Positions 49,502-61,901 of a stretch of 64,000 nt of DNA are shown piece after piece. Source of the stretch: Macrostomum hystrix (Eukaryota > Animalia > Platyhelminthes); NCBI GenBank assembly GCA_950097015.1, contig CATNEN010000005.1, positions 744,001 through 808,000 on the forward strand. The letters run 5' to 3'. The notes beneath the pieces are model-generated. The model was not told where the DNA came from, ran no database searches, and was given only the letters and a program-made list of their open reading frames with translations. Position 1 is the first letter of the stretch. Every line of letters starts with the position of its first letter. Both the position numbers and the translations under genes were made by a program.

Positions 49502-52500
49502 CTAATCAGCAGCTAAAGTGGTAATGGTATAGTTGGCGCTAGCAAACGTTGTCGTCGCATTGTCGAACGGCGTAGGCGTCGTCAACCAGTCAAGCCCGCC
49601 GTCACGCTCGGTGAACAGCCTGAGCAGGACTGCAGCCGCCAGCGCAGCCAGCAAGAAGGCCACGGTGATGAGTCGCTTGGCCAGAACTGACCTAAACGCG
49701 TCGCCAGTCTCCGAGTCCGCCAAACTACCAGTCTCTTCGTCGTCCTCGTCATCTTCGTCGTCAGTATCGCCGAAGTGGACGGAGAAGCTGCGCGAATAGA
49801 ACCGGCCGGTGTACATCAGCTCCGTGTGATGCCGACGCGAGCTCTTCCGGCCTCGTTGGCGACGTCGATAGCGCATGGCCGAGGCGCTGGAGGACTCTGG
49901 ATCGCTGTAGAAGGCGATCTCGTGATGGAACGAATTTGAGACCAGCGGTGAGCACTCGCTCTCTGCGTCGGAGGGCAGGTAGGAGGCCGAGTCCTGCCAG
50001 CGGTTGCCGCTGCCATCGCTGGCCGGGTTCTTGGTCCGTTTAGCCGCCGTCGTCTGGCCGACCGCGTCGCTGGCGTCTCCGTCGTCGACAACGATTTCCG
50101 CGTCGGCTGCGTCTTCCCCGTAGGCGCGCAGCTGGGCCTGGTGGGCCTCGTGGCGCCAGTTGATGCGAAGCACCAGGCAGCAGAAAGCCACCGCCTCGAT
50201 CGAGTAGCCGACGAGCAGCCCGATCCACATGCCTGGCATGAATGTTCAGGGTAGTTTTGAGTAGGTTTTGGGTAGGTTTGAGTAGGTTTTGGGCAGGTTT
50301 GAGTAGGTTTTTTTGGGTAGGCTTGAGTAGGTTTTGGGTAGGTTTGAGTAGCTTTTGGGTAGGTTTGAGTAGGTTTGTTGGTAGGTTTGAGTTGGTTTGT
50401 TGGTAGCTTTTGGGTAGGTTTGAGTAGGTTTTTTTGTAGGTTTGAGTAGGTTTTGGGTAGGTTTAAGTAGGTTTGAGTAGGTTTTTTGGTAGGTTTGAGT
50501 AGGTTTTTTGGTAGGTTTGAGTAGGTTTTTTGGTAGGTTTGAGTAGCTTTTGGGTAGGTTTGAGTAGGTTTGTTGGTAGGTTTGAGTAGGTTTGTTGGTA
50601 GGTTTGAGTAGCTTTTGGGTAGGTTTGAGTAGGTTTGTTGGTAGGTTTGAGTAGGTTTGTTGGTAGGTTTGAGTAGGTTTTGGGTAGGTTAGAGTAGGTT
50701 TGAGTAGGTTTTGGGTAAGGTATGAGTAGGTTTAGAGGCTTAATTGAGTAGGTTTTAGGAAGGTTTGAGTAGGTTTTGGGTAAGGTATGAGTAGGTTTGG
50801 AGGCTTAATTGAGTAGGTTTTAGGAAGGTTTGAGTAGGTTTTGGGAGTAGGATTTAGGTAGTTTTTGTAGGTTTCGTGTTGTTTTGAGTAGGTTTAAGGT
50901 AGTTTTGAGTAGGTATTGAGCAGTTTAAGTTGGTTTTGGCTCCAAAGCTTCCATGCGTATGTACATGTGAGGCTCACCTAGCACCTGCAGTTCAGTGGCC
51001 AGCGCCAGCGAGATTCCCATCGGCAGGCCGATGACATAGAAGCCAACGAACAGCACTATGGCTCCCTGAATCTGGCGCCCGCAGCCGCGAATCGCTCCGC
51101 ACGAAGTTGCCTAATAAGCATATTATCAAATATCAGCGTAATGTTCGTTTTTCACTACTATGAGTAAAAATGCAAATTATGCCTCTCTATTTTCACCAAG
51201 AAATAAACGTAAGACTTACGGAAATACCATCAGCGATTTGAAATGCACCAAGAATTGGCAGGATATTTGAAGCGACTGAAACAATTTCTCTGAAAGCGAA
51301 ATACGAGTATCATATAAATAGGTGTATTGACACTTTCAGCCTTACTTACGCATCGTTTTAATTTCTCATAACTTCTCATAAGGAGGAGTTCAGTTTTTTA
51401 AAAGTGTATTTTCAACTCCCTCATAGTGACCTACCGTTGCACTGCACGGCAGAGAAGCTAAATTGAATCACAAAGATTCGCTACGAGTTTAAGGGCGCAA
51501 ATTTCTGTGTTCAGTTTTCAAGGGCGTCTAAAACTGCTATACTGTCTTATCTTATCTTTGCAGGAAAATCACTGACCTGTCCGCCTTTCCTGCAGTTTAC
51601 CTATCGCATATGAGATTTGACAGAAAGTCGGTGTGTTTCTCGATTTTTTGTTGCAAGCAAGACATTTCGCTGGCTCCTGAGCACACACGCACACAGATAC
51701 TGTACACAGGCACACGCTCACACAGGTGTGTACGTCTGGCCTGATTTTCTCATCATCAGCAGTGTACACTTCGATGTAAATTGCACGACAAGCCCCCAAG
51801 CCTTCTCTCCGCCGCTGCGCCCCAATATTGAATGTGCTTAGAAATCGATCTCAGGAACCTTGGCGCGAGAGAGGCAAACGCGTTACATCGCTCTGCCACT
51901 CGACCCCCTAATGAAAATTGGTAACTTACGGATCAGATGAGAATATGAACGGCAGGTAGTTACGCAGCGAAGCAAATATTGTGAGCATAATTAGGGCCGT
52001 TACACCTGCAATTTAGGTAAAAAAGTAACGTTTGTTGAAGTAAAGTAGTGTTTTTTTTCATTTTAATCTCTTCTCTTACTGGTACGAGAACGGATCAACA
52101 AAATTTAATGGCATCCTCAGCTTACTCATCATTAACAATCCAATGCGATAAGACTGCGAAGCGCCTAATGGTTGGTTGCCACCCAGTTGCTGGCCGACAC
52201 GAATATTGACTGCCACGGAAATTCCGAATGGTATCTGAGCAGAGATTCAAGCAGCCAAGTGGTTTTTGGGTAGTTTATTTTTATTCGTTTCTCTATAAAA
52301 TAATTTTATAGATTATGGGACTAGTTTAAGTCGGTTTTAGTAAAATTAAAAAAGTTCGAGTAGTTTTGCTTCATTAGGATAGCGTTGATTTGAAGTAGAT
52401 TTGAGTAGGTTTGAGTAGGGTTTGAGTAGGATTGAGTAGGATTGAGTAGGTTTGATTAGGTTCGAGTAGGTTCAAGTAGGATCAGAGAATACAGAATAGG

Positions 52501-55500
52501 TATATATGAGACCAAACATTATTGCACCAATTTTGAATAATTTTTATATTCGGCAGTGTTCGATATAAAATCAGTGCCAGTTTCGCGCGAATTCAAATTT
52601 ATTCATACAATATAGGAGATGGCCTCAAGTTGAAACACAATGGACTGAGCGCCGAGTTGTACTTCGCCAAGAGTGCCTGAAAATTGTTTTGAAAAGTTCT
52701 AAGTGGTTCTGTGTGGACATGCGATATTGACAGCGCCGAAACTGTAACGTAAGCATCTCACCCGCCACAATGGTGGCAATCTCAAAGCTCCATTCTTCCA
52801 AGGCGATTAGGAAAATTCCAGGAACAGCTAGCTTAACAAAATCCCACCAGTTGTACAGAGACTCGGCCTTCCAACCGTCCCAGCAGTCTTTGTAGACACC
52901 GCTAATCAATGTGTAGATTAGGGTGATGAGGAACATCACTGCCAGAGAGGTCGCTTGCATAATGGCCGATGAGCTGCAATAGCCGAAGGTAGAAAAATAT
53001 TTGGTTATAGAGATCAACTAGAGTGAGAGTAGATGTGGTTGGAGACACCAGAATGAGAGTAGATATGGTTGGAGACAACTAGAATGAGAGTAGATATGGT
53101 TGGAGACAACTAGAGTGAGAGTAGATATGGTTGGAGACACCAGAATGAGATTAGATGTGGCTGGAGACAACTAGAATGATAGTAGATGTGGTTGGAGACA
53201 ACTAGAATGAGAGTAGATTTGGTTGGAGACAACTAGAATGAGATTAGATGTGGCTGGAGACACCAGAATGAGAGTAGATGTGGTTGGAGACACCAGAATG
53301 AGAAGATGTGGTTGGAGACACCAGAATGAGAAGATGTGGTTGGAGACACCAGAATGAGAAGATTTGGTTGGAGACAACTAGAATGAGAGTAGATGTGGTT
53401 AAAGACAACTAGAATGAGAGTAGATGTGGCTGGAGACACCAGAATGAGATTAGATGTGGTTGGAGACACCAGAATGAGAGTAGATATGGTTGGAGACAAC
53501 TAGAGTGAGAGTAGATATGGTTGGAGACAACTAGAGTGAGAGTAGATATGGTTGGAGACACCAGAATGAGATTAGATGTGGCTGGAGACAACCAGAATGA
53601 GAGTAGATGTGGCTGGAGACACCAGAATGAGAGTAGATGTGGCTGGAGACAACTAGAGTGAGAGTAGATATGGTTGGAGACAACTAGAGTGAGAGTAGAT
53701 ATGGTTGGAGACACCAGAATGAGATTAGATGTGGCTGGAGACAACCAGAATGAGAGTAGATGTGGCTGGAGACACCAGAATGAGAGTAGATGTGGCTGGA
53801 GACAACCAGAATGAGAGTAGATGTGGCTGGAGACACCAGAATGAGAGTAGATGTGGCTGGAGACACCAGAATGAGAGTAGATGTGGCTGGAGACAACCAG
53901 AATGAGAGTAGATGTGGCTGGAGACAACTAGAATGAGAGTAGATGTGGCTGGAGACACCAGAATGAGATTAGATGTGGTTGGAGACACCAGAATGAGAGT
54001 AGATATGGTTGGAGACAACTAGAGTGAGAGTAGATATGGTTGGAGACAACTAGAGTGAGAGTAGATATGGTTGGAGACACCAGAATGAGATTAGATGTGG
54101 CTGGAGACAACCAGAATGAGAGTAGATGTGGCTGGAGACACCAGAATGAGAGTAGATGTGGCTGGAGACAACCAGAATGAGAGTAGATGTGGCTGGAGAC
54201 ACCAGAATGAGAGTAGATGTGGCTGGAGACACCAGAATGAGATTAGATGTGGCTGGCGACACCAGAATGAGAGTAGATGTGGCTGGCGACATCAGAATGA
54301 GAGTAGATGTGGCTGGAGACAACCATAATGAGTGTAGAGAAAGTTTTAATTTGATAGAGGTGCTCGTTGTGTCAAATTATTCAAAACTAAAAGTAAGCAG
54401 TCCAAGAGTTACATTGTACTCACATGTAACCAAACTCAAGTATGTGAATGGCCACATACTGACTGATCACATTGAATATATTGCCGATGAACCCAGCTAC
54501 CATAGGCGGGTACATGATGTTTTGATTCTGCAGAAATCTACTCAGAACCAAGAAGCTGTAATCAAACTGCAAGGTGGAACCGTGTGCAATGTACCAAGTA
54601 ATTTGATTAATAGAAAAAGCGGAAAAATAGAAACATGGCAGGTAAACATGGTTCCACACTCACGAACAGTCCTGGCATGAAGTAGAGCATATATCTGGCC
54701 GTTTTGTCCGCTATGATTGGATCCTGACCGAGTAGCAACAGCACCGGCTTAATATTGAGATGCAGGCACCACAGTAGCACTAGAGCTGAGTACATGACCA
54801 TCAGACCGCGCTGCAGGTACATACCCATGCGCTTTTTGTTGCGACTACCGAAAGTCTGCGAGAACAGAGTGTCACAGGCTGTGCTCATGCCGACACCGAT
54901 GCAGATGCCAGCTACGTTGATAAACTGTCAATCGTTTTTAGTGAGGCTGGGTAAAATAGATTACTCTGGTAGAATACTGCATCTATTTTTATTGGCAAAG
55001 CCAGAAATTGTCAGAATTTTGCTCACACTGTTGGCTAGAGCGACACTATCCAAATCGATCTTGCTCAGTTGGCCGCACATTATAATGCTGGTTGTCTGCA
55101 GGAAGAACTGGAAGAACGTGGTCAGAATCTGCCGGAATAGAGTTTAGAGGGATGCCTTGATGAGTTCTTTGCTGTTCTTAATTAGATATTTCGATTGTTT
55201 TACGCGGGAATCTAACTCATCTGAGGATAGACATTGCACGATTTTCGAGCGTGGATAGAGATCCCCAACTTAGAACCTTGGGATAGAGATCCCCAATTTA
55301 GAACCTTGGGATAAAGATCCCCTATTTAGAATCTTGGGATAGAGATCCCCAATTTAGAACATTGGGATAAAGATCCCCAATTTAGAATCGTGGATAGAGA
55401 TCCCCAATTTAGAACCTTGGGATAAAGATCCCCAATTTAGAATCGTGGATAGAGATCCCCAATTTAGAACATTGGGATAAAGATCCCCAATTTAGAACCG

Positions 55501-58500
55501 TGGGTAGAGATCCCCAATTTAGAACCGTGGATAGAGATCCCCAATTTAGAACCGTGGGTAGAGCTCCCCAATTTATAACCTTGGGATAGAGATCCCCATT
55601 TTAGAACCTTGGGATAAAGATCCCCAATTTAGAATCCTGGATTGAGATCCCCAATTTAGAACCTTGGGATAGAGATCCCCAATTTAGAACCTTGGGATAG
55701 AGATCCCCAATTTAGAACCTTGGGATAAAGATCCCCAATTTAGAATCGTGGATAATTATCCCCAATTTAAAACCGTGGGTAGAGATCCCCAATTTAGAAT
55801 CCTGGATAGAGATCCCCAATTTAGAACCTTGGGATAGAGATCCCCAATTTAGAACCTTGGGATAGAGATCCCCAATTTAGAATCGTGGATAGAGATCCCC
55901 AATTTAGAACCTTGGGATAGAGATCCCCAATTTAGAATCGTGGATAGAGATCCCCAATTTAGAATCCTGGATAGAGATCCCCAATTTAGAACCTTGGGAT
56001 AGAGATCCCCAATTTAGAACCTTGGGATAAAGATCCCCAATTTAGAATCGTGGATAGAGATCCCCAATTTAGAACCTTGGGATAAAGATCCCCAATTTAG
56101 AATCGTGGATAGAGATCCCCAATTTAGAACCTTGGGATAAAGATCCCCAATTTAGAATCGTGGATAATTATCCCCAATTTAAAACCGTGGTTAGAGATCC
56201 CCAATTTAGAACCGTGGGTAGAGATCCCCAATTTAGAACCGTGGATAGAGATCCCCAATTTAGAACCGTGGGTAGAGCTCCCCAATTTATAACCTTGGGA
56301 TAGAGATCCCCATTTTAGAACCTTGGGATAAAGATCCCCAATTTAGAATCCTGGATTGAGATCCCCAATTTAGAACCTTGGGATAGAGATCCCCAATTTA
56401 GAACCTTGGGATAGAGATCCCCAATTTAGAACCTTGGGATAAAGATCCCCAATTTAGAATCGTGGATAGAGATCCCCAATTTAGAACCTTGGGATAAAGA
56501 TCCCCAATTTAGAATCGTGGATAATTATCCCCAATTAAAAACCGTGGGTAGAGATCCCCAATTTAGAACCGTGGGTAGAGATCCCCAATTTAGAACCGTG
56601 GGTAGAGCTACCCAATTTATAACCTTGGGATAGAGATCCCCACTTTAAGACCTTGGGATAAAGATCCCCAATTTAGAACCGTGGGTAAGAGATCCCCAAT
56701 TTAGAACCGTGGGTAAGAGATCCCCAATTTAGAACCGTGGGTAAGAGATCCCCAATTTAGAACCGTGGATAATTATCCCCAATTAAAAACCGTGGGTAGA
56801 GATCCCCAATTTAGAACCGTGGGTAGAGATCCCCAATTTAGAACCGTGGGTAAGAGATCCCCAATTTAGAACCGTGGGTAAGAGATCCCCAATTTAGAAC
56901 CGTGGGTAAGAGAACCCCAATTTAGAATCGTGGATAATTATCCCCAATTAAAAACCGTGGGTAGAGATCCCCAATTTAGAACCGTGGGTAGAGCTACCCA
57001 ATTTATAACCTTGGGATAGAGATCCCCACTTTAAGACCTTGGGATAAAGATCCCCAATTTAGAACCGTGGGTAAGAGATCCCCAATTTAGAACCGTGGGT
57101 AAGAGATCCCCAATTTAGAACCGTGGGTAAGAGATCCCCAATTTAGAACCGTGGGTAAGAGATCCCCAATTTATAACCTTGGGATAGAGATCCCCACTTT
57201 AAGACCTTGGGATAAAGATCCCCAATTTAAAACCGTGGGTAGAGATCCCCAATTTAGAACCGTGGGTAAGAGATCCCCAATTTAGAACCGTGGGTAAGAG
57301 ATCCCCAATTTAGAACCGTGGGTAAGAGATCCCCAATTTAGAACCGTGGATAATTATCCCCAATTAAAAACCGTGGGTAGAGATCCCCAATTTAGAACCG
57401 TGGGTAGAGATCCCCAATTTAGAACCGTGGGTAAGAGATCCCCAATTTAGAACCGTGGGTAAGAGATCCCCAATTTAGAACCGTGGGTAAGAGAACCCCA
57501 ATTTAGAATCGTGGATAATTATCCCCAATTAAAAACCGTGGGTAGAGATCCCCAATTTAGAACCGTGGGTAGAGCTACCCAATTTATAACCTTGGGATAG
57601 AGATCCCCACTTTAAGACCTTGGGATAAAGATCCCCAATTTAGAACCGTGGGTAAGAGATCCCCAATTTAGAACCGTGGGTAAGAGATCCCCAATTTAGA
57701 ACCGTGGGTAAGAGATCCCCAATTTAGAACCGTGGGTAAGAGATCCCCAATTTAGAACCGTGGGTAAGAGATCCCCAATTTAGAACCGTGGGTAAGAGAT
57801 CCCCAATTTAGAACCGTGGATAATTATCCCCAATTAAAAACCGTGGGTAGAGATCCCCAATTTAGAACCGTGGGTAGAGATCCCCAATTTAGAACCGTGG
57901 GTAAGAGATCCCCAATTTAGAACCGTGGGTAAGAGATCCCCAATTTAGAACCGTGGGTAATTATCCCCAATTAAAAACCGTGGGTAGAGATCCCCAATTT
58001 AGAACCGTGGGTAGAGCTACCCAATTTATAACCTTGGGATAGAGATCCCCACTTTAAGACCTTGGGATAAAGATCCCCAATTTAGAACCGTGGGTAGAGA
58101 TCCCCAATTTAGAACCGTGGGTAGAGATCCCCAATTTAGAACCGTGGGATAGAGATCCCCAATTTAGAACCTTGGGATAAAGATCCCCAATTTAGAATCG
58201 TGGATAGAGATCCCCAATTTAGAACCTTGGGATAAAGATCCCCAATTTAGAATCGTGGATAGAGCTCCCCAATTTATAACCTTGGGATAGAGATCCCCAA
58301 TTTAGAACCTTGGGATAAAGATCTCCTATTTAGAATCTTGGAATAAAGATCTCTTATTTAGAATCTTGGGATAGAGATCCCCAATTTAGAACCTTGGGAT
58401 AGAGATCCCCAATTTAGAACCGTGGATAGAGATCCCCAATTTAGAACCGTGGGTAGAGATCCCCAATTTAGAACCTTGGGATAGAGATCCCCAATTTAGA

Positions 58501-59046
58501 ACCGTGGATAGAGATCCCCAATTTAGAACCGTGGGTAGAGATCCCCAATTTAGAACCGTGGGTAGAGCTCCGCTATTTAGAATCGTGGGATAGAGATCCA
58601 CAATTTAGAATCGTGGATAGAGATCCCATCGCTGATTTGGGATTTAGTTCTGAATTGATAAAAATCCCCTTGACTCACAGCAGGCCATGACAGAGCCACC
58701 ATGATGACAAATTCGTCCCGAAATCCGAATGGAAAAACTCGCAGCCAGAGCCGTTTAATGAGGCCAGCGAATCGGCCCCTGCTGCTGGTCTCCAGGCTGA
58801 CTCCATCGTCAGTGCAGGTGAACGAGTCTGGAATTCAGAAGACCATTTTTATTATTCCATGTTCTGTGCATTAAAACGTTTACGTTCCTATCAGACATTT
58901 GCTGTCTAATAATCAATACTCGTAGGTTACTGTTGAAACGAAAACAAAAAATTGCGTAAATCAGTTTTGCCTTGACTCGGATTGTAGTTCGGCGTCGGTT
59001 GGTTAGTTAACTTTCTCACACCTTCGTCTCCTGCAGGCCCAGACAT
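49502..59046 (-). CDS. SLC47A1: MATE (multidrug and toxic compound extrusion) transporter, 12 exons, 692 aa
   Basis: Exons in transcript order 59022-59046, 58679-58827, 55027-55128, 54664-54924, 54424-54566, 52762-52973, 52609-52676, 52126-52234, 51930-52005, 51220-51289, 50978-51110, 49502-50232 total 2079 nt, all GT-AG and in frame. Motifs: GMSTACDTLFSQTFG, MGMYLQRG, LAVPG...EEWSFEI, LGAQSI, VNIRVGQQLGGN, GAIRGCGRQ, FYVIGLPMG, GMWIGL and a 13th TM near the C-terminus. SLC47A1 versus A2 is not resolvable. Confidence 0.95.
50252..50935. repeat. Degenerate (TGAGTAGGTT)-based repeat in MATE intron 11; related patch at 52395-52480 in intron 7
   Basis: Direct reading. Confidence 0.93.
51668..51909 (-). 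mobile_element. tRNA-derived SINE copy 2, 3'-truncated and more diverged (MATE intron 9)
   Basis: Aligns by eye to the copy-1 head and body, with deletions; no tail or TSD found. Confidence 0.85.
53015..54325. repeat. 30-31-bp minisatellite (GAGTAGATGTGGCTGGAGACACCAGAATGA), about 43 units, MATE intron 5
   Basis: Direct reading. Confidence 0.97.
55252..58626. repeat. 27-29-bp minisatellite (GATAGAGATCCCCAATTTAGAACCTTGG), about 120 units, MATE intron 2, with 581-bp higher-order repeat
   Basis: Marker variants recur 581 bp apart (GATAATT 56768/57349 and 56933/57514; GAGAACCCC 56910/57491). Confidence 0.97.
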
Positions 59047-59902
59047 GATTGTAGACGCAGTCCTGAACAAGTACCATTAAAATACGAAAGAAATGACTAG
59101 CTTGTGGTAGTAATACTTCTTTGTTGAGGCGATGTCAGCTGCAGAAACAACAGTAGTGACGGCCAGTAGAAACACCTGTACCTACTGAACCATTAATTTA
59201 GCAAGGTTGCGTTTTCCACTTCAACTGACCAGTTTGACTTTTTAACTTATAGGCCCACTTACTGAGGCCGTACAAGACTAACTAACTGATAAGGACGTGT
59301 GTGTGTGTCACAAACCGGTCTCAATTTGATAATAACTGGAGCGTCTACCCCTGAACTATTTTACTCACCAGTAGATACGACAATGTACACAAGAATATCG
59401 TAATCGCTCTATCGTCACCCGCCACTATTTGACCCAGTGCCGAAGGTGGGCAAAACTTAACCTGATTATTTTTATTGGAAGTTCCCTTCGATTTTATTTG
59501 AACGCAATGCAGCCTAGAGCTGATTAGTTTATAGACTGGTGTCTTTAGTGTTACCTCAAGGGCATTAGCTATAAAAAGCTTAATGTTTTGAAGTATAGTA
59601 CAAGTGTATTATAACAGCTCAAAAAACTAACGATTTCACCTTTCTTCGTGTTGAAGATATTAAGTCCAGGACTAAAGAGGAATTTTATCACGTTTCTAGG
59701 GATAGTCTCACGTACTTTACATAGTGCCTCTAGAAAGTCAATTCAAAAAAAAAAAACAAAAAAGAGACAGCAATGAAAGCTAAACAGGACTAAAACTACA
59801 GAAATTGATAAATCAATCTACTATGCTTGTAAAAACGAAAAATAGCTGACAGTAGATGCTCTTTTAAAACACAAATTCCAAAATAGGTTCCATTCACGAG
59901 TT

Positions 59903-60838
59903 TTAATTGCACAAATGGTACAGCGAGGACACATCAGAATCACCGAGAGCTCTATGAGACACTCCGAAGCATTTCATGTAGCCCTGGAACACTCGGTTGT
60001 GCGTTGCTGAGCGAGTGGTCGCTCCGATCTGCACCATGTTGCCAAAGTTCGCACAGGATGTCACGGCCACTGCAGTGCCACTGTTAGCCAGAGTTCCGTT
60101 CACGTAGATCCAGAAGGCCGGTGTGTTTCTGTTGTACACAGCAGCGATGTGAGTCCAACCGCTGGCCGTGTCAGTGGGTCCTGTCACTGTGAGCTGGGAC
60201 AGAGGAGACTCAACTGAGAACTCAATATTAGTGCTAGCAGGAAACAGCCAAAGTCGAGTAAAATATCCAGCTGGCATCGTCAGGCCTTCAAACAGAGGCA
60301 TGGCGCCTCGAGATTGGTTCGACACCTGCACCCACACAGAGAACGTGAAGCTCGTGAGACACTCTGAAGCCAGCTGGTCGATGTTGAATCGCTCATTCAC
60401 ACCGAACTGACCAGTGAAGTTGACCGCACTGTCCGTGTACTGCATGGCCATGTTCTCCTGCAGGTCGAGATGGCCGCTGTTCGAGGCCACATTGCGGCTG
60501 CGAGTGGCGTTGCTCATGGGCCAGAAGGCGACGAGGCTGAGCTGACGCAGGACGCTCCACACCTCGCAGTCGGTGTCGTTCGAGAGTCGCACAGTTTGCA
60601 CGCTGTCCGACACGTTGCAGACGCCTGTGCGGTAGCTCCAGCCGATGCAGAGACGGAGCTGAGAGCACAGGAAGGCGCACGAGCGAGCGCTTGAGGCCGT
60701 CAGCAGGTGTTGGGGAGTCTGAGCGACCACGCAGCCTCCAACTAACAGGTCGTGCTGTTGCAGCACCTCAACAGCGGCTGGAAGAATTGTGCAAAATAAA
60801 AAAATAATGACTAAACAAGTACTCCGTTTGTAAACCAT
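59903..60838 (-). CDS. Intronless secreted protein: signal peptide, PAN/Apple domain and LamG/concanavalin-A-like domain, 311 aa
   Basis: Hydrophobic leader (CLVIIFLFCTILPAA). PAN-type cysteine spacing (SCAFLCSQLRLCIGWSYRTGVC). LamG_3-like motifs FTFSVWV, GWTHIAAVYN, IYVNG and FQGYM...RAL...V..LY. Six N-x-S/T sequons. Confidence 0.8.
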   Translation of the reverse strand: MVYKRSTCLVIIFLFCTILPAAVEVLQQHDLLVGGCVVAQTPQHLLTASSARSCAFLCSQLRLCIGWSYRTGVCNVSDSVQTVRLSNDTDCEVWSVLRQLSLVAFWPMSNATRSRNVASNSGHLDLQENMAMQYTDSAVNFTGQFGVNERFNIDQLASECLTSFTFSVWVQVSNQSRGAMPLFEGLTMPAGYFTRLWLFPASTNIEFSVESPLSQLTVTGPTDTASGWTHIAAVYNRNTPAFWIYVNGTLANSGTAVAVTSCANFGNMVQIGATTRSATHNRVFQGYMKCFGVSHRALGDSDVSSLYHLCN

Positions 60839-61252
60839 GTGTAAGCTGTTGCTGAAAGTAGCTGTAAGCTTACTGCGGTATGTTTGTTGGCAGCAAGAAT
60901 TTGGACTGCAGTTGAAATCACTTTACTTATACCGCGCAAAGTTAGGAGTTGCATTGTTAGGGCATTGTCAGCACCTTTGTTTGCGATCAATATGCTTTTT
61001 ACGAGCGAAGAGTCGTTCTACTTAAGTGTTGGAGCTTGTCTCTGCATCATTGCTGTATACACACTATATGATCCATTTCACATTAGTCTTTGAGCTGCCT
61101 CGATCGATTTCATGGCGTTGCATTTATCTCGCATTGAAAAAGCAAGATAAAGACAAGATAAATTTATATAAATTTGCTTCTTTGCTTTGACTATGTAAAC
61201 GCGTTTTTAAATCAACTTTTGTTGGCTCAGTATGTAATGAAGTGCAATGGAA

Positions 61253-61610
61253 TAATAAAAATAATTGCAGGACGGCTGCGGGCAATGGCACATCATTTAG
61301 TGACACTAGACCCCGCAGCCAGCGAGAGGCAATTCTGCCCATTTCGCTGACTCCTGAGCACACACGCACACAGATACTTTACGCAGGCAAGCTCACACAG
61401 GTGTGTGTCTCATGTGACTTTCTCATCGTCAGGCAGTGTACTCTTCACTGCGCCTTGGAGGTTGGTCCTTAAGGGCGTAAATTGCACGAAAAGCCCCCAA
61501 GCCTTTTCTCCGCGGCTGCGCCCCAAATAAATGTGGCCTCGCCGTGGAATCGAACTTAGGGACCGTGTTGCGAGAGGCAAACGCGTTAACTGCTCTGCCA
61601 CCGACCCCCA
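61253..61610 (-). mobile_element. tRNA-derived SINE copy 3 with 13-bp TSD
   Basis: A/B boxes and degenerate tail; TSD AAGTGCAA(T/C)GGAA at 61240-61252 and 61613-61625. Confidence 0.92.
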
Positions 61611-61901
61611 TTAAGTGCAACGGAAAAGAATAATGGAGGGATTTTAGGGAATTTTCGTCTTTTTTGCTATGGTTGTCTATCTGGCTGTCAATCAAAGTTA
61701 AAATGAGGAGACGACTGAAAGACAGTTTTTCGCAAAATCACAAGCGGGAGACAGCCACAGTCAGTAATGAAGCCAGTTTTAATTCATGACAGCGAGCCTG
61801 AATTCTTAAGCCTAAAAGTCTTTTTTTCAGACGAACAGAAAAAAAAGTTTTTGTTTTCCTTAGAATCTGCAGCTGATCCACAATTTGTAAGCCTCCTCGT
61901 T

